From positions 31,489-83,259 of the forward strand of contig NIVC01002008.1 of NCBI GenBank assembly GCA_002269645.1: DNA of 51,771 nt, given 5' to 3'. The translations under genes were made by a program, and so were the position numbers. The notes under the pieces were generated by a model, which saw only the letters and a list, made by a program, of their open reading frames with translations, searched no databases and was not told the DNA's origin. Shown one piece after another: positions 1 to 12,133 of the stretch. Numbering within the stretch: position 1 is the stretch's first letter; each line of letters starts with the position of its first letter. Origin of the DNA: Macrostomum lignano. Lineage: Eukaryota.

Positions 1-670
1 CAGTGACAGCATCCACAGTGACAGCATCCACAGTGACAACATCCACAGTGACAGCATACACAGTGGCAGCATCCACAGTGACAGTCCACAGTGAAGCATC
101 CACAGTGACAGCATCCACAGTGACAACATCACAGTGACAGCATCCACAGTGACAGCATCCACAGTGACAACATCCACAGTGACAGCATCCACAGTGACAG
201 CATCCACAGTGACAACATCCACAGTGACAGCATCCACAGTTGACAACATCCACAGTGACAGCATACACAGTGACAATCACAGTGACAGCATACACGGTGA
301 CAACATCCACAGTGACAGCATACACAGTGGCGGCAGCATCCACAGTGACAAATCCACAGTGACAGCATCCACAATGACAGCATCCACAGTGACAGCATTC
401 ACAGTGAAGCATCCACAGTGACAGCATCCACAGTGACAGCAATCCACAGTGACAACATCCAGTGACAGCATCCACAGTGACAACATCCACGTGACAGCAT
501 ACACAGTGACAACATCACAGTGACAGCATAACAGTGACAACATCCACAGTGACAGCATACACAGTGGCGGCAGCATCCACAGTGACAAAATCCACAGTGA
601 CAGCATCCACAATGACAGCATCCAGTGACAGCATTCACAGTGACAGCATCCACAGTGACATCCACAATGA
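1..670. repeat. Minisatellite, ~15-nt unit CAGTGACAGCATCCA, degenerate; runs off the left edge
   Basis: Directly visible tandem array. It accounts for the MLSLW/TASTV repeat ORFs. Confidence 0.95.
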
Positions 671-1159
671 TTGACAGTGTCCACAATGACCCAATCGAGA
701 AACGTTTAATGCTGGCAGAACAGTCACTTCTTTAGTCTTATTTATATTTGGACTGACAAAAACTGACAAAAGGATGTAGGCATTGTAGCAGCTGCTGTTG
801 AGACAATTTATTGGAAGAAGTCGCATTTTTTGTCTAGATTCGAGATAGGAAAGTCAGGCTTTGCTTGAATAACCTAAGAGACGGCTCGGGGACAATTCGA
901 AAAAACGTACATGTTATTATTGACTTCAAGACCAATATCATTAAGGAAAAAAGGCTTAGAAGATTTTTCAGAGAACGTTTCAGGCGGATCTAAGGCGCTT
1001 TAAAGCTCAGAGTGTTTGTTTTTTCTTTGTTCTTTTCAAAAAAATTTCGTTGATTTACGCATTGATTTAGCCTGCAAGAATTACGCATTGAAGTTTCTGC
1101 TCTTTCTGCTGCATCATAGAGTTTAATTATATCTAATTTTCAGTCCGAGCTATCCGCAC

Positions 1160-2290
1160 TCACAGAAGCAGCATCTCGAACTCCTTCATCGAATAGTAGT
1201 AGCCAAATGGATTGCTCCAGCAGACGCTCTTGGCATAGGCAGGCGCTGTATTGAGAGCAGTGGGCGAATAAAAGTAAAGTCCGTTCGGGTTGGTGCAGTG
1301 GCACGTACCGTACACCAGCCTCCCTTGTACGAGGCACTGCAGCTCCCTGGATTAATGTCGTTGTCCGAATCAAAGGTGCTGAACTTCATGCCGTTGCAGA
1401 TAGCCATGCAGTCTCCCAGTCCTGAACTGCCGCTGAAGCCGCTGATGCTGACTTGAAACTTGCTGTCCTCGCTGTCCAAGAGAAGGAGCTGTAGTTCGCC
1501 CAGTACTCCATGTCGTTCCACAGCCTCATCGAATGCGCAGCTGCCGACCAGAAGGCCACGTGAGGGAGTTGAGGCTTCTCAGACCTGTCAATTGAGCAAG
1601 CGCAACTGTGACATACGGTACGGTACACACGGTAAACACTGTATATGCATACTACGGTTCACACTGAGTCGCCTGCATACGGAAATTGTGGCCTCACCGA
1701 TCAGTGGTTGCTGTGGCGTATTCGGCAGCTGCGATTGAAGCTGGTCGAGTCGTCGACTCGGCGCTGAACGCTGATGAGGCAGCCGCTGAGCGACGTCACA
1801 AACACCTGCAACATCGGGTGGGGGTCGCAGTTAGCAGCTGGCCATCTCACAGCACACGGACAAAGGTTACGCAGAGAACTGCAATGGTCAGTCACCCTGG
1901 TGCAGCACGGAGACGCCTCAGTCGGCGGCATCAGGCGGCGACACACCGCGCCACTCCGGCTGGCTGAAGTGCAGCGTGGGGTATTGGAATGAAATCCTGA
2001 GCGGCTAGTGCATGCAACTGTGGTTGGCGTACTCAACTCACCCAGAAAACACTGCGACCGTCCCACACGAGGCCTCCGATGAAGACCAGAAACTGGTCAG
2101 GGTGCAGCTCTTGGCGGCCAGCACCGCGCACTGCAGCTCGCCGCCAGCCTGTGCAGTGCCGGAAATGTCGAACTGGTGAACCGATCGCCAGCCAGCTGCT
2201 GCTGTGAACTTCGTGCAGCATTTCGAGCAGCTCTGCATCTGCGCCGGCCAAGAACTTCAACAGAAAAAGCAGAACCGCGAAATCTGTCAT
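1160..2290 (-). pseudogene. Secreted fibrinogen-related (FReD/FREP-like) gene with several single-base frameshifts; pseudogene or sequencing error
   Basis: Signal-peptide-like MTDFAVLLFLLKFLAGADA. FReD motifs recovered across frames: VQRRVDDSTSFNRS; GLRSLNSLT..QLRI; EYWANYSSFS/LDSEDSKF; NGMKFSTFDSDND; SCSASYKGGW(W)YGTCHCTNPNGLY; CWSNPFGYYYSMKEFEMLL-stop (TGA 1160-1162). Short GT-AG introns near 1997-2041 and ~1585-1681. Confidence 0.8.
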
Positions 2291-2679
2291 TTTAGCTTCC
2301 ATAATTTTTTAAATAAGATTCGTTTGCAGTTGCTCCGATTGAAACAGCCCACCAGCTGTATACATGTAGCCTTTGCTTCCAGTTATGAATACTGGCTGGC
2401 TTCTGCCCACAGCCTATCTGCCTAGTGGAAGCATCGCAGTTACCAAGGCAACACGTATTTTAATTTCACGCAGCCCTAACACTGTGCCTCAGCACCCATG
2501 ATAAGTGGGATGGGTTGGCTGCCCGCTGCCGTTGAAAACTGCGGCCCTGCATGCTCAGCTGGACTTCATTGGGAGCTGCTGGGGAGTGGAGGGGGCAGAA
2601 ATGCAAATGATTAATCTCATCTCACTACCCAATAGTTTTTTAAGCCACCAGTAGCTTGTCTGCTTGTTTGTCGGTGTCC

Positions 2680-2878
2680 AGCCACTGCCCACTGTTACAG
2701 TTCTGCCCATGCATATGCTGCCCACTGTTACAGTTCTGCCCATGCATATGCTGCTCACTGTTACAGTTCTGCCCATGCATATGCTGCCCACTGTTACAGT
2801 TCTGCCATGCATATGCTGCTCACTGTTACAGTTCTGCCCATGCATATGCTGCTCACTGTTATAGTTCTGCCCATGCAT
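2680..2878. repeat. 33-nt minisatellite CCCACTGTTACAGTTCTGCCCATGCATATGCTG, ~6 copies
   Basis: Directly visible tandem copies. Confidence 0.95.
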
Positions 2879-2903
2879 ATTCGGGCATGCGTATCATAGA
2901 AGT

Positions 2904-2944
<41 letters not shown>

Positions 2945-2995
2945 TAGACAGACACTTAGACAGACAGATAGACATACAGAAAGACACTAAGACAC
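2904..2995. repeat. (GACA)n microsatellite
   Basis: Directly visible. Confidence 0.95.
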
Positions 2996-3413
2996 TAATT
3001 TCATGATTTAAAATTTCAGCAATATGGAATGCAGAGTTCATTTTGTATTTTGCATAATAATTGTTAAATAAAATTGATTAAAGCATGGCACGCGCACTGA
3101 AGCAAAGAATGTGCTTTGGGAACTTCAGAAAATCATGTCATAAAATTTTTTTTACAGATTTTGCAACGCACATTTGTTGGATTTCGAATTCGCGGAAGTT
3201 TGAACTCGAAAATCTTTATAAAACAGATAAACTTGTACAGAAGATGCTGTAGCTATGTACAAGAATTACATTTAATTTAGAAAATTAAAAAAATTGGAAA
3301 ATTGTTCACGGTTCTTACTAACTACTTACAGTAATAACAGTGCAAACTAAATAAAAATTTATAACGGCATTTCAGCTGTCATGTCTTCATCATATATCTA
3401 AAAAGCCAGCCAA

Positions 3414-6352
3414 TCAGAAGGTCGGCCGGTCCATGGACTTTCCCAGGTAGTCCATCTCTGTGCTCACCTCGCCAGCGGCTCTGTAGTCTGTGAGCTCCTT
3501 CGTGTACTTCAGCTTGGTGAAGTTTGCGGACAGGGCGCCAATGAAGCACATCTGCGGGTTGCGGTGAACTCCGGACTGCGGTAAGAAAACCCACACCCAT
3601 CCGCAGATTACAGAACCCCAATCCTCAGATTACAGAACCCCACACCCCATCCTCAGATTACAGAGCCCCACACCCCATCCTCATATTACAGAGCCCCACA
3701 CCCCAGTCCTCAGATTACAGAACCTCACACACCATACTCAGATTACAGAAACACACACACCATACTCAGATTTACAGAACCCACACACCATACTCAGATT
3801 TACAGAACCCCACACCCATCCTCAGATTACAGAGCCCCACACCCCAATCCTCAGATTACAGAACCTCACACACCATACTCAGATTACAGAACCCCACACA
3901 CCATACTCAGATTTACAGAACCCCACACCCATACTCAGATTACAGAACCCCACACCCATCCTCAGATTTACAGAACCCCACACACCATACTCAGATTACA
4001 GAACCCCACACCCCATCCTCAGATTACAGAACCCCACACCCCATCATCAGATTACAGAACCCCACACCCCATCATCAGATTACAGAACCCCACACCCCAT
4101 CCTCAGATTACAGAACCCCACACCCTATCCTCAGATTACAGAACCCCACACCCATCATCAGATTACAGAACCCCACACCCCATCCTCAGATTACAGAACC
4201 CCACACCCTATCTTCAGATTACAGAACCCCACACCATCCTCAGATTACAGAACCCACACACTATGCTCAGATTACAGAACCCCACCCCATCATCAGATTA
4301 CAGAACCCCAGACCCCATCCTCAGATTTACAGAACCCCACACCCCATACTCAGATTTACAGAGCCCCACAGCCAACCCAGAAAAAATCGTGCTCAGTGCT
4401 CAGTGCTCAGTACTCAGTGCCCAGCGCTCAAACTCACCAATCCAAAGATAACAAAGACGGCGCCGGCCCAGGCGAAGGCATAAAGTGGGCCAATTGTTCC
4501 GATCTGAAACGCATCAGCCCAATCAAGTACATTAGCTACTTTTGATTAAGAATAACATTACTCGTACTAAAAGAAGAAAGCTTTTTAATTGGCTTACCTT
4601 GGAACAGAAATTTTGGAAAGCTGTGGCGGTTGTGATGGTTTCGTTGAACTTTAATTCCGGTCGAAACGTGTACAGCTTCTTGTAGAGGCCTGAAAAATAT
4701 TTGCCAAATTATTGTTGGATGTTGCAATCAACTCTAGTGTTAATAAATTGACTTTGTATATTCTACTTTAGTTTGAATATGGTGGGTAGACTAGCAATCC
4801 ATTCCATTACTTAATTCATGATTGGCTAGATTAGCAATCCATTCTATTCCTTAATCCATGATTGATTAGATTAGCAATTCCATTCCATTTCTTAAGCCAT
4901 GATTGGTTAGATTAGCAGTCCATTCTATTTCTTAATCCATGATCGATTAGACTAGCAATCCATTCTATTCCTTAATCCATGATTGGTTAGACTAGCAATC
5001 CACTCTATTCCTTAATCCATGATTGGTTAGACTAGCAATCCACTCTATTCCTTAATCCATGATTGGTTAGACTAGCAATCCACTCTATTCCTTAATCCAT
5101 GATTGGTTAGACTAGCAATCCACTCTATTCCTTAATCCATGATTGGTTAGACTAGCAATCCACTGGATTTCTTAAGCCAGCCTTACCATAGTGTGTCAAG
5201 TTGAATTTGAAGTACGTGAAGAACTTTGCATTGGTCTTCTCCCCGTCGATATCCCTCCAGTAAGTCCACTCCTCGTAGCACACCTTGTCCATCATGATGT
5301 AGCCAACGATGGGGATCATCAGGAAGCAGGCGATGCCCACCCAGACGAGGCTGATCAGGTAGGAGAAGGCCATAAACAGGCCGGCTGAGAAGCGGCCGCC
5401 CAGGATGCACCGGTCGCCGCGGTAAATTTTATTGCGGGTGGCGCCGGTGGCCAGAATGCCGAAGGTGAGCAGAATGACGGCCAGCACCACCGTGACTGGC
5501 GACACCACCACGCTGGCGATCTGCACGTACAGCAGCCTGCGAAGCCATGAGTGGGGGGTCACGGGACTGAAGGTGGATGCGCGAGGTCACGGGACTGAGG
5601 GTGGCGGCGGGAGGTCACGGGACTGAGGGTGGCGGCGGGAGGTCACGGGACTGAGGGTGGATGCGGGAGGTCACGGGACTGAGTGTGGATGCGGGAGGTC
5701 ACGGGACTGAGGGTGGCGGCGGGAGGTCACGGGACTGAGGGTGGCGGCGGGAGGTCACGGGACTGAGGGTGGCGGCGGGAGGTCACGGGACTGAGGGTGG
5801 CGGCGGTAGGTCACGGGACTGAGGGTGGCGGCGGGAGGTCACGGGACTGAGGGTGGATGCGGGAGGTCACGGGACTGAGGGTGGCGGCGGGAGGTCATGG
5901 GACTGAGGGTGGCGGCGGGAGGTCAAGGGACTGAGGGTGGCGGCGGGAGGTCACGGGACTGAGGGTGGCGGCGGGAGGTCATGGGACTGAGGGTGGCGGC
6001 GGGAGGTCACGGGACTGAGGATGGTGGCGGGTCACGGGACTGAGTTGCGGTGAAGGCCGGGAGATCATGTGATGGGGTGTGGGATGCAGTCTGTTGGATA
6101 GGATTTGGCTTCAGTTGCCAAACAAAGAACTCACTGACAATGCCAGGGTACAATAAATGTGAGAAAATTCCCGAAGCAAAAATAGACTCCAATTGCAAGG
6201 AACTCACTCTTCAATGGGGTAGAAGGTGGAGCGGAAGTACACATCAGTCTGTCGCACAGCCTCATACAGCGTGCCAGTCATTACACAGCCACCAATGAGC
6301 ACCAGAACGAATGCTATGACTGATGCATAGGGGATGTTGGCTAGGCATTCAC
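3414..6352 (-). CDS. M6: Myelin proteolipid / neuronal membrane glycoprotein M6 family (PLP/GPM6) four-TM protein; start exon not firmly located
   Basis: Exons 6208-6352, 5187-5536, 4598-4689, 4438-4503 and 3414-3551 join in frame through GT-AG introns. Family motifs: CLANIPYASVIAF; GILATGATRNKIYRG..GGRFS; AWAGAVFVIFGLMCFIGALSANFTKLK. Confidence 0.9.
3590..4372. repeat. 28-nt minisatellite CTCAGATTACAGAACCCCACACCCCATC in the last M6 intron
   Basis: Directly visible tandem array. Confidence 0.95.
4775..5165. repeat. 40-nt minisatellite GATTGGTTAGACTAGCAATCCACTCTATTCCTTAATCCAT in an M6 intron
   Basis: Directly visible. Copies are perfect near 4980-5160 and degenerate to the left. Confidence 0.95.
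5555..6045. repeat. 28-nt G-rich minisatellite GGGAGGTCACGGGACTGAGGGTGGCGGC in an M6 intron
   Basis: Directly visible tandem array. Confidence 0.95.
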
Positions 6353-7899
6353 CTGAGAATCGGCATGAGTTAGATGGCAGTGATGTCACTACTAAATACC
6401 TAATACATTCTTCTAGGTCTCGGTAGTCAGACATATACAAATATTGCTTAATACACTATTGGATAAACTGTATTGAAAACCCATATACTTTTTGGAAAAA
6501 ATAAATAAATATTCATAGAAGGGCTATTGTGGTAACACACCTTTGGCAAAATTATCATTAAACTAGCTCTACGGTATTTTTGGCCATCCTGTTGACTCCT
6601 AAGAACTCCTGCATAAGCTTGTTGTGGCATTATCTCAATGTCCCTAAATTCTAGAAATTTCTCCATTTTTCTATGAATTTCCTTAAAAATATTCCTACAT
6701 TTTAGTGATGCATACTTTATAGTTACAAAGAATAATATTGTATCTTTGTTATAATTATAGAGAAAATTCTAGAATACCATTAATTTGTCCATAAATATAT
6801 ACTGGGCACCCAATGGATAACTAACTTCTTGGTATTCAACACACATTTAATACATAATCAAGTACAAAAAGAACCTTTGCCTTGAAGTCTTATTTATTTT
6901 GTTTGTGTGCTTTATACCAATTTATTCTTGACTTTATCTTGGGTAGGGCTCTTAAATTGAGTGCTTATACTTTTACTTACATATGTTCATATATAAAAGA
7001 GAAAAAAATTATTATTTAACATGATATTATTCTATTGCAAATTCATATAATCAATGCAATAATATTAAGAAGAGTACTTATTGCAAGGAACTGATTAAGA
7101 GTGACAGATTAAAAGGGCAATAGTAAAAAAAAGTCAATATCTAAGCTTTAGACTTGTTCAATGTGGCTTATTTATTTCACTTACTGCCTTCAATAAACCT
7201 AGTGGCATAGGTGGGATTTTGAAATAAGGGGGGATAACTGAAAGGCATAGAGTTGCAGTCAAATAAAGTAGTTTTTGTGATTTTCTATTTATTATATATT
7301 TAAAAAATACCAAGGATATTTTATTAATATACTAAATAACTAAATTTGTTACAATCAAGATGAAAGCTATCATTATAACATGCCATTTTGGGAACTTGGG
7401 ATTTGTAAAAATATCATTTAAAATATTTTAATTATAATTTGAGTGAAATACATTTTTAATGCAGCATTTTGGGCAATTTTGCTAAATCTAAAGCCATTTT
7501 ATTTTACTTTTTTTAAAACCTGATTTTGATTTCCTATTAATCATCAAAACAAGGGGATATAATATATATATATCTGTCTCCTAGCTAAACTCTTGAAGAA
7601 ACCACATTTACTAAGCAGTTGCCATGCCTAAATTTAAAAAATAAAAACTATAAGAGTTCAGCTCATGACTTAGAAGCAGTCTAAAATTTCTAGTCCAACT
7701 AAGGCTATGCAATTTTAAATATTGTTGATTTTATGATATGATATATTATATAATTGGGACTTCTTCAAGTTTATGTTGATAAATTAGTTGCAATTTTAAC
7801 AGGAGCATAATTTTGTCTCTATAGATTTTTTATGGTGCTGATTTCAAATTTGAGCTTTATTTTTTGGTATCTTCAACCCAACTATATGTAGGCACTTAA

Positions 7900-8930
7900 A
7901 ACCCAACCACTGGGACATGGGGAATAGGGGGTTTTAGGGTGGGAAGGTTCTTCATGGGGATTGATTTTATCAAGATAAACTTTAATAGAGGCATGGAGAC
8001 CCCTATTGGAATAAATGTTAAAAACCCGCGGACGCGCGCTTTAGAAAAGAGTCAAACTATTTTACCGCGCTTTAGGATTATTAAAGATGTTCCGAAAGAT
8101 CTGCAGTTTCGTCGAAATAAAAATTCGCTAACTTTCCAAAATCAAAATTGAAATTTCCCGAAATCATAATTCAGAAAAACAAAGTTTAGTATGATCAACA
8201 CTCACTTTTTTACTTTCAATTTACTGCTTAAGTAAAAAGTAATACATGTATATTTAGTAGAAAGTAGTTTATTTTTAGCAACTTTTTAGACACTACCAAA
8301 ATTTTCACTTCTAAATTTTTTTTCGAAATTGAAATTCGCTCTAAAAAATATCAAATTTTGGAAATTGAATTTTTGGAACATCTCTAAGCTTAATAAATTA
8401 CGAGTATATAAGCCCCTTCAACAGAGGTATTATACCCATTTCCATGTATATGTATTTGCTAGAGCAGCAGCCAGTAAGAAAGGGCAGCGCGCGCGCAGGC
8501 GCTGCGCCTGTGCGCGCGCTGCGCTTTAGAAAAATTTCAAAAGTGCGCCGGACACCGTCCGCGGTTTTACAACTTTTTCCTATAGGGATGGAGACCTATT
8601 CAAGATGGTGTTGATAAATTCCAGACCTAGGGGGGGGGGGTAAACTCTAGGGCCTACCAAAAGGTCAATGACCAAAAACTGGGATATGGAGAATAGGGGG
8701 TTTAAACTTTATAGGTGGGGGATCCTTGATGGGGTTTGATTTTATCGATATAACATTTAATAGAGGCATGGAGACCTATTCAAGAAGGTGTTGATAAATT
8801 CTAAACTCAGGGAAAGAGGGATTGATCTTTACAAAAAAGGTCAATGACCAACTATTGGGGCATGGAATGGGATAAGGGGTTTTTGGGTAGGGGATTCTTC
8901 ATGGAGATTGATTTTATCAACGCAAACTTG
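7900..8930. repeat. Degenerate ~170-nt tandem repeat interrupted by a MITE
   Basis: A block resembling CTGGGA(C/T)ATGG..AATAGGGGG..GATTTTATC..TTTAATAGAGGCATGGAGACC recurs near 7910, 8670 and (partly) 8850. Confidence 0.7.
8001..8587. mobile_element. Non-autonomous DNA transposon (MITE), 587 bp, 8-bp TSD
   Basis: Imperfect ~33-bp TIRs: left CCCTATTGGAATAAATGTTAAAAACCCGCGGAC, reverse complement of right CCCTATAGGAAAAAGTTGTAAAACCGCGGAC. ATGGAGAC is duplicated at 7993-8000 and 8588-8595. The empty-site sequence GGCATGGAGACCTATTCAAG occurs in the neighbouring repeat unit near 8765. Confidence 0.85.
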
Positions 8931-11900
8931 ATTACAGACATTTATAATATGATTAATTACTTACATCACTAAATAATTCAGCAAGAGGTATTAATGTCCA
9001 CTACAACAGCAAAGATAGCAACAAACCAGAATGCAAGAGACAATATTGTTGCGCATCGTAGATATAGCAAATTTAAAAAAGAGGAAACTGTGACAAGGCA
9101 ATTATTTGACATTATAACAAAACTCAATATCAATTTTGATAAAGTCATTTGTATTCACTATACATTATAAATGGAAAATGATGAATATTACTTGTGATTT
9201 CTTAAATTTATATTCACAAAACAAGTCAACTTATTTTTTTTCGAAAAATTTTCATTATTAAATACAAATTTTATTGAAACAGTTTTTACTGAATTCTCCT
9301 TGACACAATAGTCAATTAATAAACTGAGGTCGCATCACCACAGTTTCTTGGTGATTTTTTGCTTTTTTATCATTTTGCCATTTTTGGGTATCTACCAAAT
9401 GTCTGGTAAAATTTTTAGAAAAATTGGAAAATTAGAAGTATTTTATCAACATAAACTTGAAGAAGTCATATAATTGTATTAGTCTTAATACATTTAACAC
9501 TCATACATTTTATCAAATATAAATAAAAGTTTAATGCATTTTAACTACTACTATAAAATTCCAATAAATTTAAATTATATTCTGACTAGTGTTCCCCCAT
9601 AGCCGTAGCTATGGCTATGGGATCCTACAGCAAATATAGTAAAATAAGGTGCCTATGGCAGCTACAGATACGCCTACGATAGCTAGCTGCTCTTATGGCT
9701 ACGACTACGGAAATATGGTAATTGCTGTCACATTCCATAGATTCCTATAGCCATAGTTATTAATGTTAAAAATTGAAAAAAATATTAGAAACAGGTAGAG
9801 TAAAACAACGATACTTTTAGTAAACTATATTATCAACCTAGAAACTTATAAAATATACCTAAAAAAGTACAATAAAACACTAGCAAACTCTAATTTTTAT
9901 TAATGTGAAAAAGTTTAGCATTAGAACTTTCAATAATGATTAAGTATTGTTGCTCTGAAAAAAGACAAAATATAATCTTATAAAGACAACTAAGTGTTTC
10001 TTTTATTTTCTAATTTAATTTGCAGTTGTTTAAGCACTAGGTTATTTTCTTAATTCAAAATATTTTGTTTTTAGACTTTTTGTTAAAACTATGGCTACGA
10101 GAACTACGGGAATATGGTAATTTTGGGGTCCCTACAGCTATGGAATATGGAGAATTGGAGTAAGCCATAGTTTTGCATATGGCTACGGCTACAGTACATG
10201 GACCCTCCTTACGGCGGAATACTAATTCTGATTGACTATAATCTTTTGGACTCTTGCCCCTTTAATTATCCCCTTTTTGACTTAAGATTTAAGAATGCAT
10301 GCAAAAACAGTTCCAGGGATCAGAATTCAGCGGGTTCAAAATCTGTGGGTTTCAATAGCTTGTCAACTATAATAATATATTCTATACAATAACAAATTAT
10401 AAATCTATTTCATAAGATCTTTTTTGAGAATTGAAATATATTAATACTTTAGAAAAGCCTACCTAAGGGCCAAGGCATATAATTAAAGAGCTTAGATAGG
10501 CCCATTTCTAGCTATACTTTTGAAGATACTTTTGGATAACTTCTTATATATAACAGTCTTACTCAATACTATAGTCATACTATACAGTTTATAATAGGAA
10601 TTTTATTAAGAACTTTGCCATATACAATGTTTACTACTAATACTATCAATGGTATAGTATAGTATAGAGTTATAGCATGGAAATTTTTATAATTATAGGT
10701 CTTACCTAGTCTTACCTAGGCCCCTGCCCTATCTACTAATATTTATAAACAGATTTTATATATTATTAGAACAATATTACAGATACTTAATTACTAATAG
10801 GCATTTAATTTGCTTTAAACAAAGCAGCTGCATACTGCATCACCCTTCCAGTCTTCGAACTTCCCCACCTGTTCTACAGTTCTACACTACAGAGTGCAGT
10901 GCAGCTCCTAGACCAGGACCAGGTAGACCTGAGCCATGCAAAAAATAACGAAGTCCAAGTAACTTATGATAAAATTTGGAAAACTCACCCATTATTAAGA
11001 GACAATTACTATGGAAATTTTAGTTATTTATCCGTTGTAGCACTCAAAAGGCCACAACCACAAATTAGTCACGAAACAGCAGCAGCAGATAGGGCTGTTG
11101 GAAACTGGAAACAAGGAAACAAGTTTCATAGAAAATCTCGTTTGAAAAATTTCGCCAACGGAAATTAACAGATTTTAAATATGGTTTTTTGTTAGTAAAA
11201 CAAAACAGGAATATCAAGAAAGCAATCAATTGAGGTGTCTTAAGTTTTACATAAGATATAAACTTGCATAAAATTTGAGTGGAGCAGCCCATGGAAAAAT
11301 AAAACCTTCCATATGGCTGCCCCCAGGTGCTCCTCCCCTAGTCACTGATGCTAATTAAGCGACTTGTAAATCTCGCCGTACGTCTCCTGGGGTGTGCAGT
11401 GTCGCTTTTTTGGGAAGCGAAGCGATCATAGACCAATACTGAACATTGTAACACGATTCAACGTGCATTAAATGTTAAAATAAATCGTGTTTAAACGGCT
11501 ACTACTAATCGTGTATTGGCTTATATGACAATATATGATAATAATGCTTTCAAAACATTGTGGGGTGAGGCCGTGTGGTAGGTGGAGCTTGTTTAGTAAG
11601 CCTAGTTAGTAGTACGTACGGTGATGTACATGCGCGGGTCATCGTGCCCCTTGGCCTATAAAATATACAGAGCGTGGAGGTTTTTGCCTCAAGTGGGTTA
11701 CTCCAAAATCATCGACTTGACTTTATTACAACATTATAATCATGTAGCATTACAAGATGCTGGATTGAATCTCACTTTAAGCACTCAAAACCGACTATGG
11801 AAACCCTAATTTTAACTGCTTATTCTGCATCAATCCGCAACTGATGTTCCCAATTAAAAACACGTACTCTATGTCATTATCCCATGCAGCTATTGTTGCT

Positions 11901-12133
11901 TGCAGTTTCATCTTGTATATTAATATCAAAGCGGAAGCTCGAACACATGCATATTTAGAAGTGCAAACTCTACATGCATACCGGTATCATTTCTTAGCCA
12001 TAATCCACCCAGTTCTGCAGTGTTCGACACAAAATAATTTTGTTTTGACAATGTTAATTTCATCTGGTGTGGCAATTGCTCATTGAGCAATGTCCGGGCA
12101 GGACACGAGAAAGCAATCCTAGTCACATATGAC

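Noticed and set aside
129-686. Cys/His-rich and MLSLW ORFs
   Set aside because: Translations of the 15-nt minisatellite.
9587-10195. Possible hAT-like element with TATGGCTACG sub-repeats
   Set aside because: Only ~10 nt of terminal complementarity (TAGCCGTAGC / GCTACGGCTA) and no TSD.
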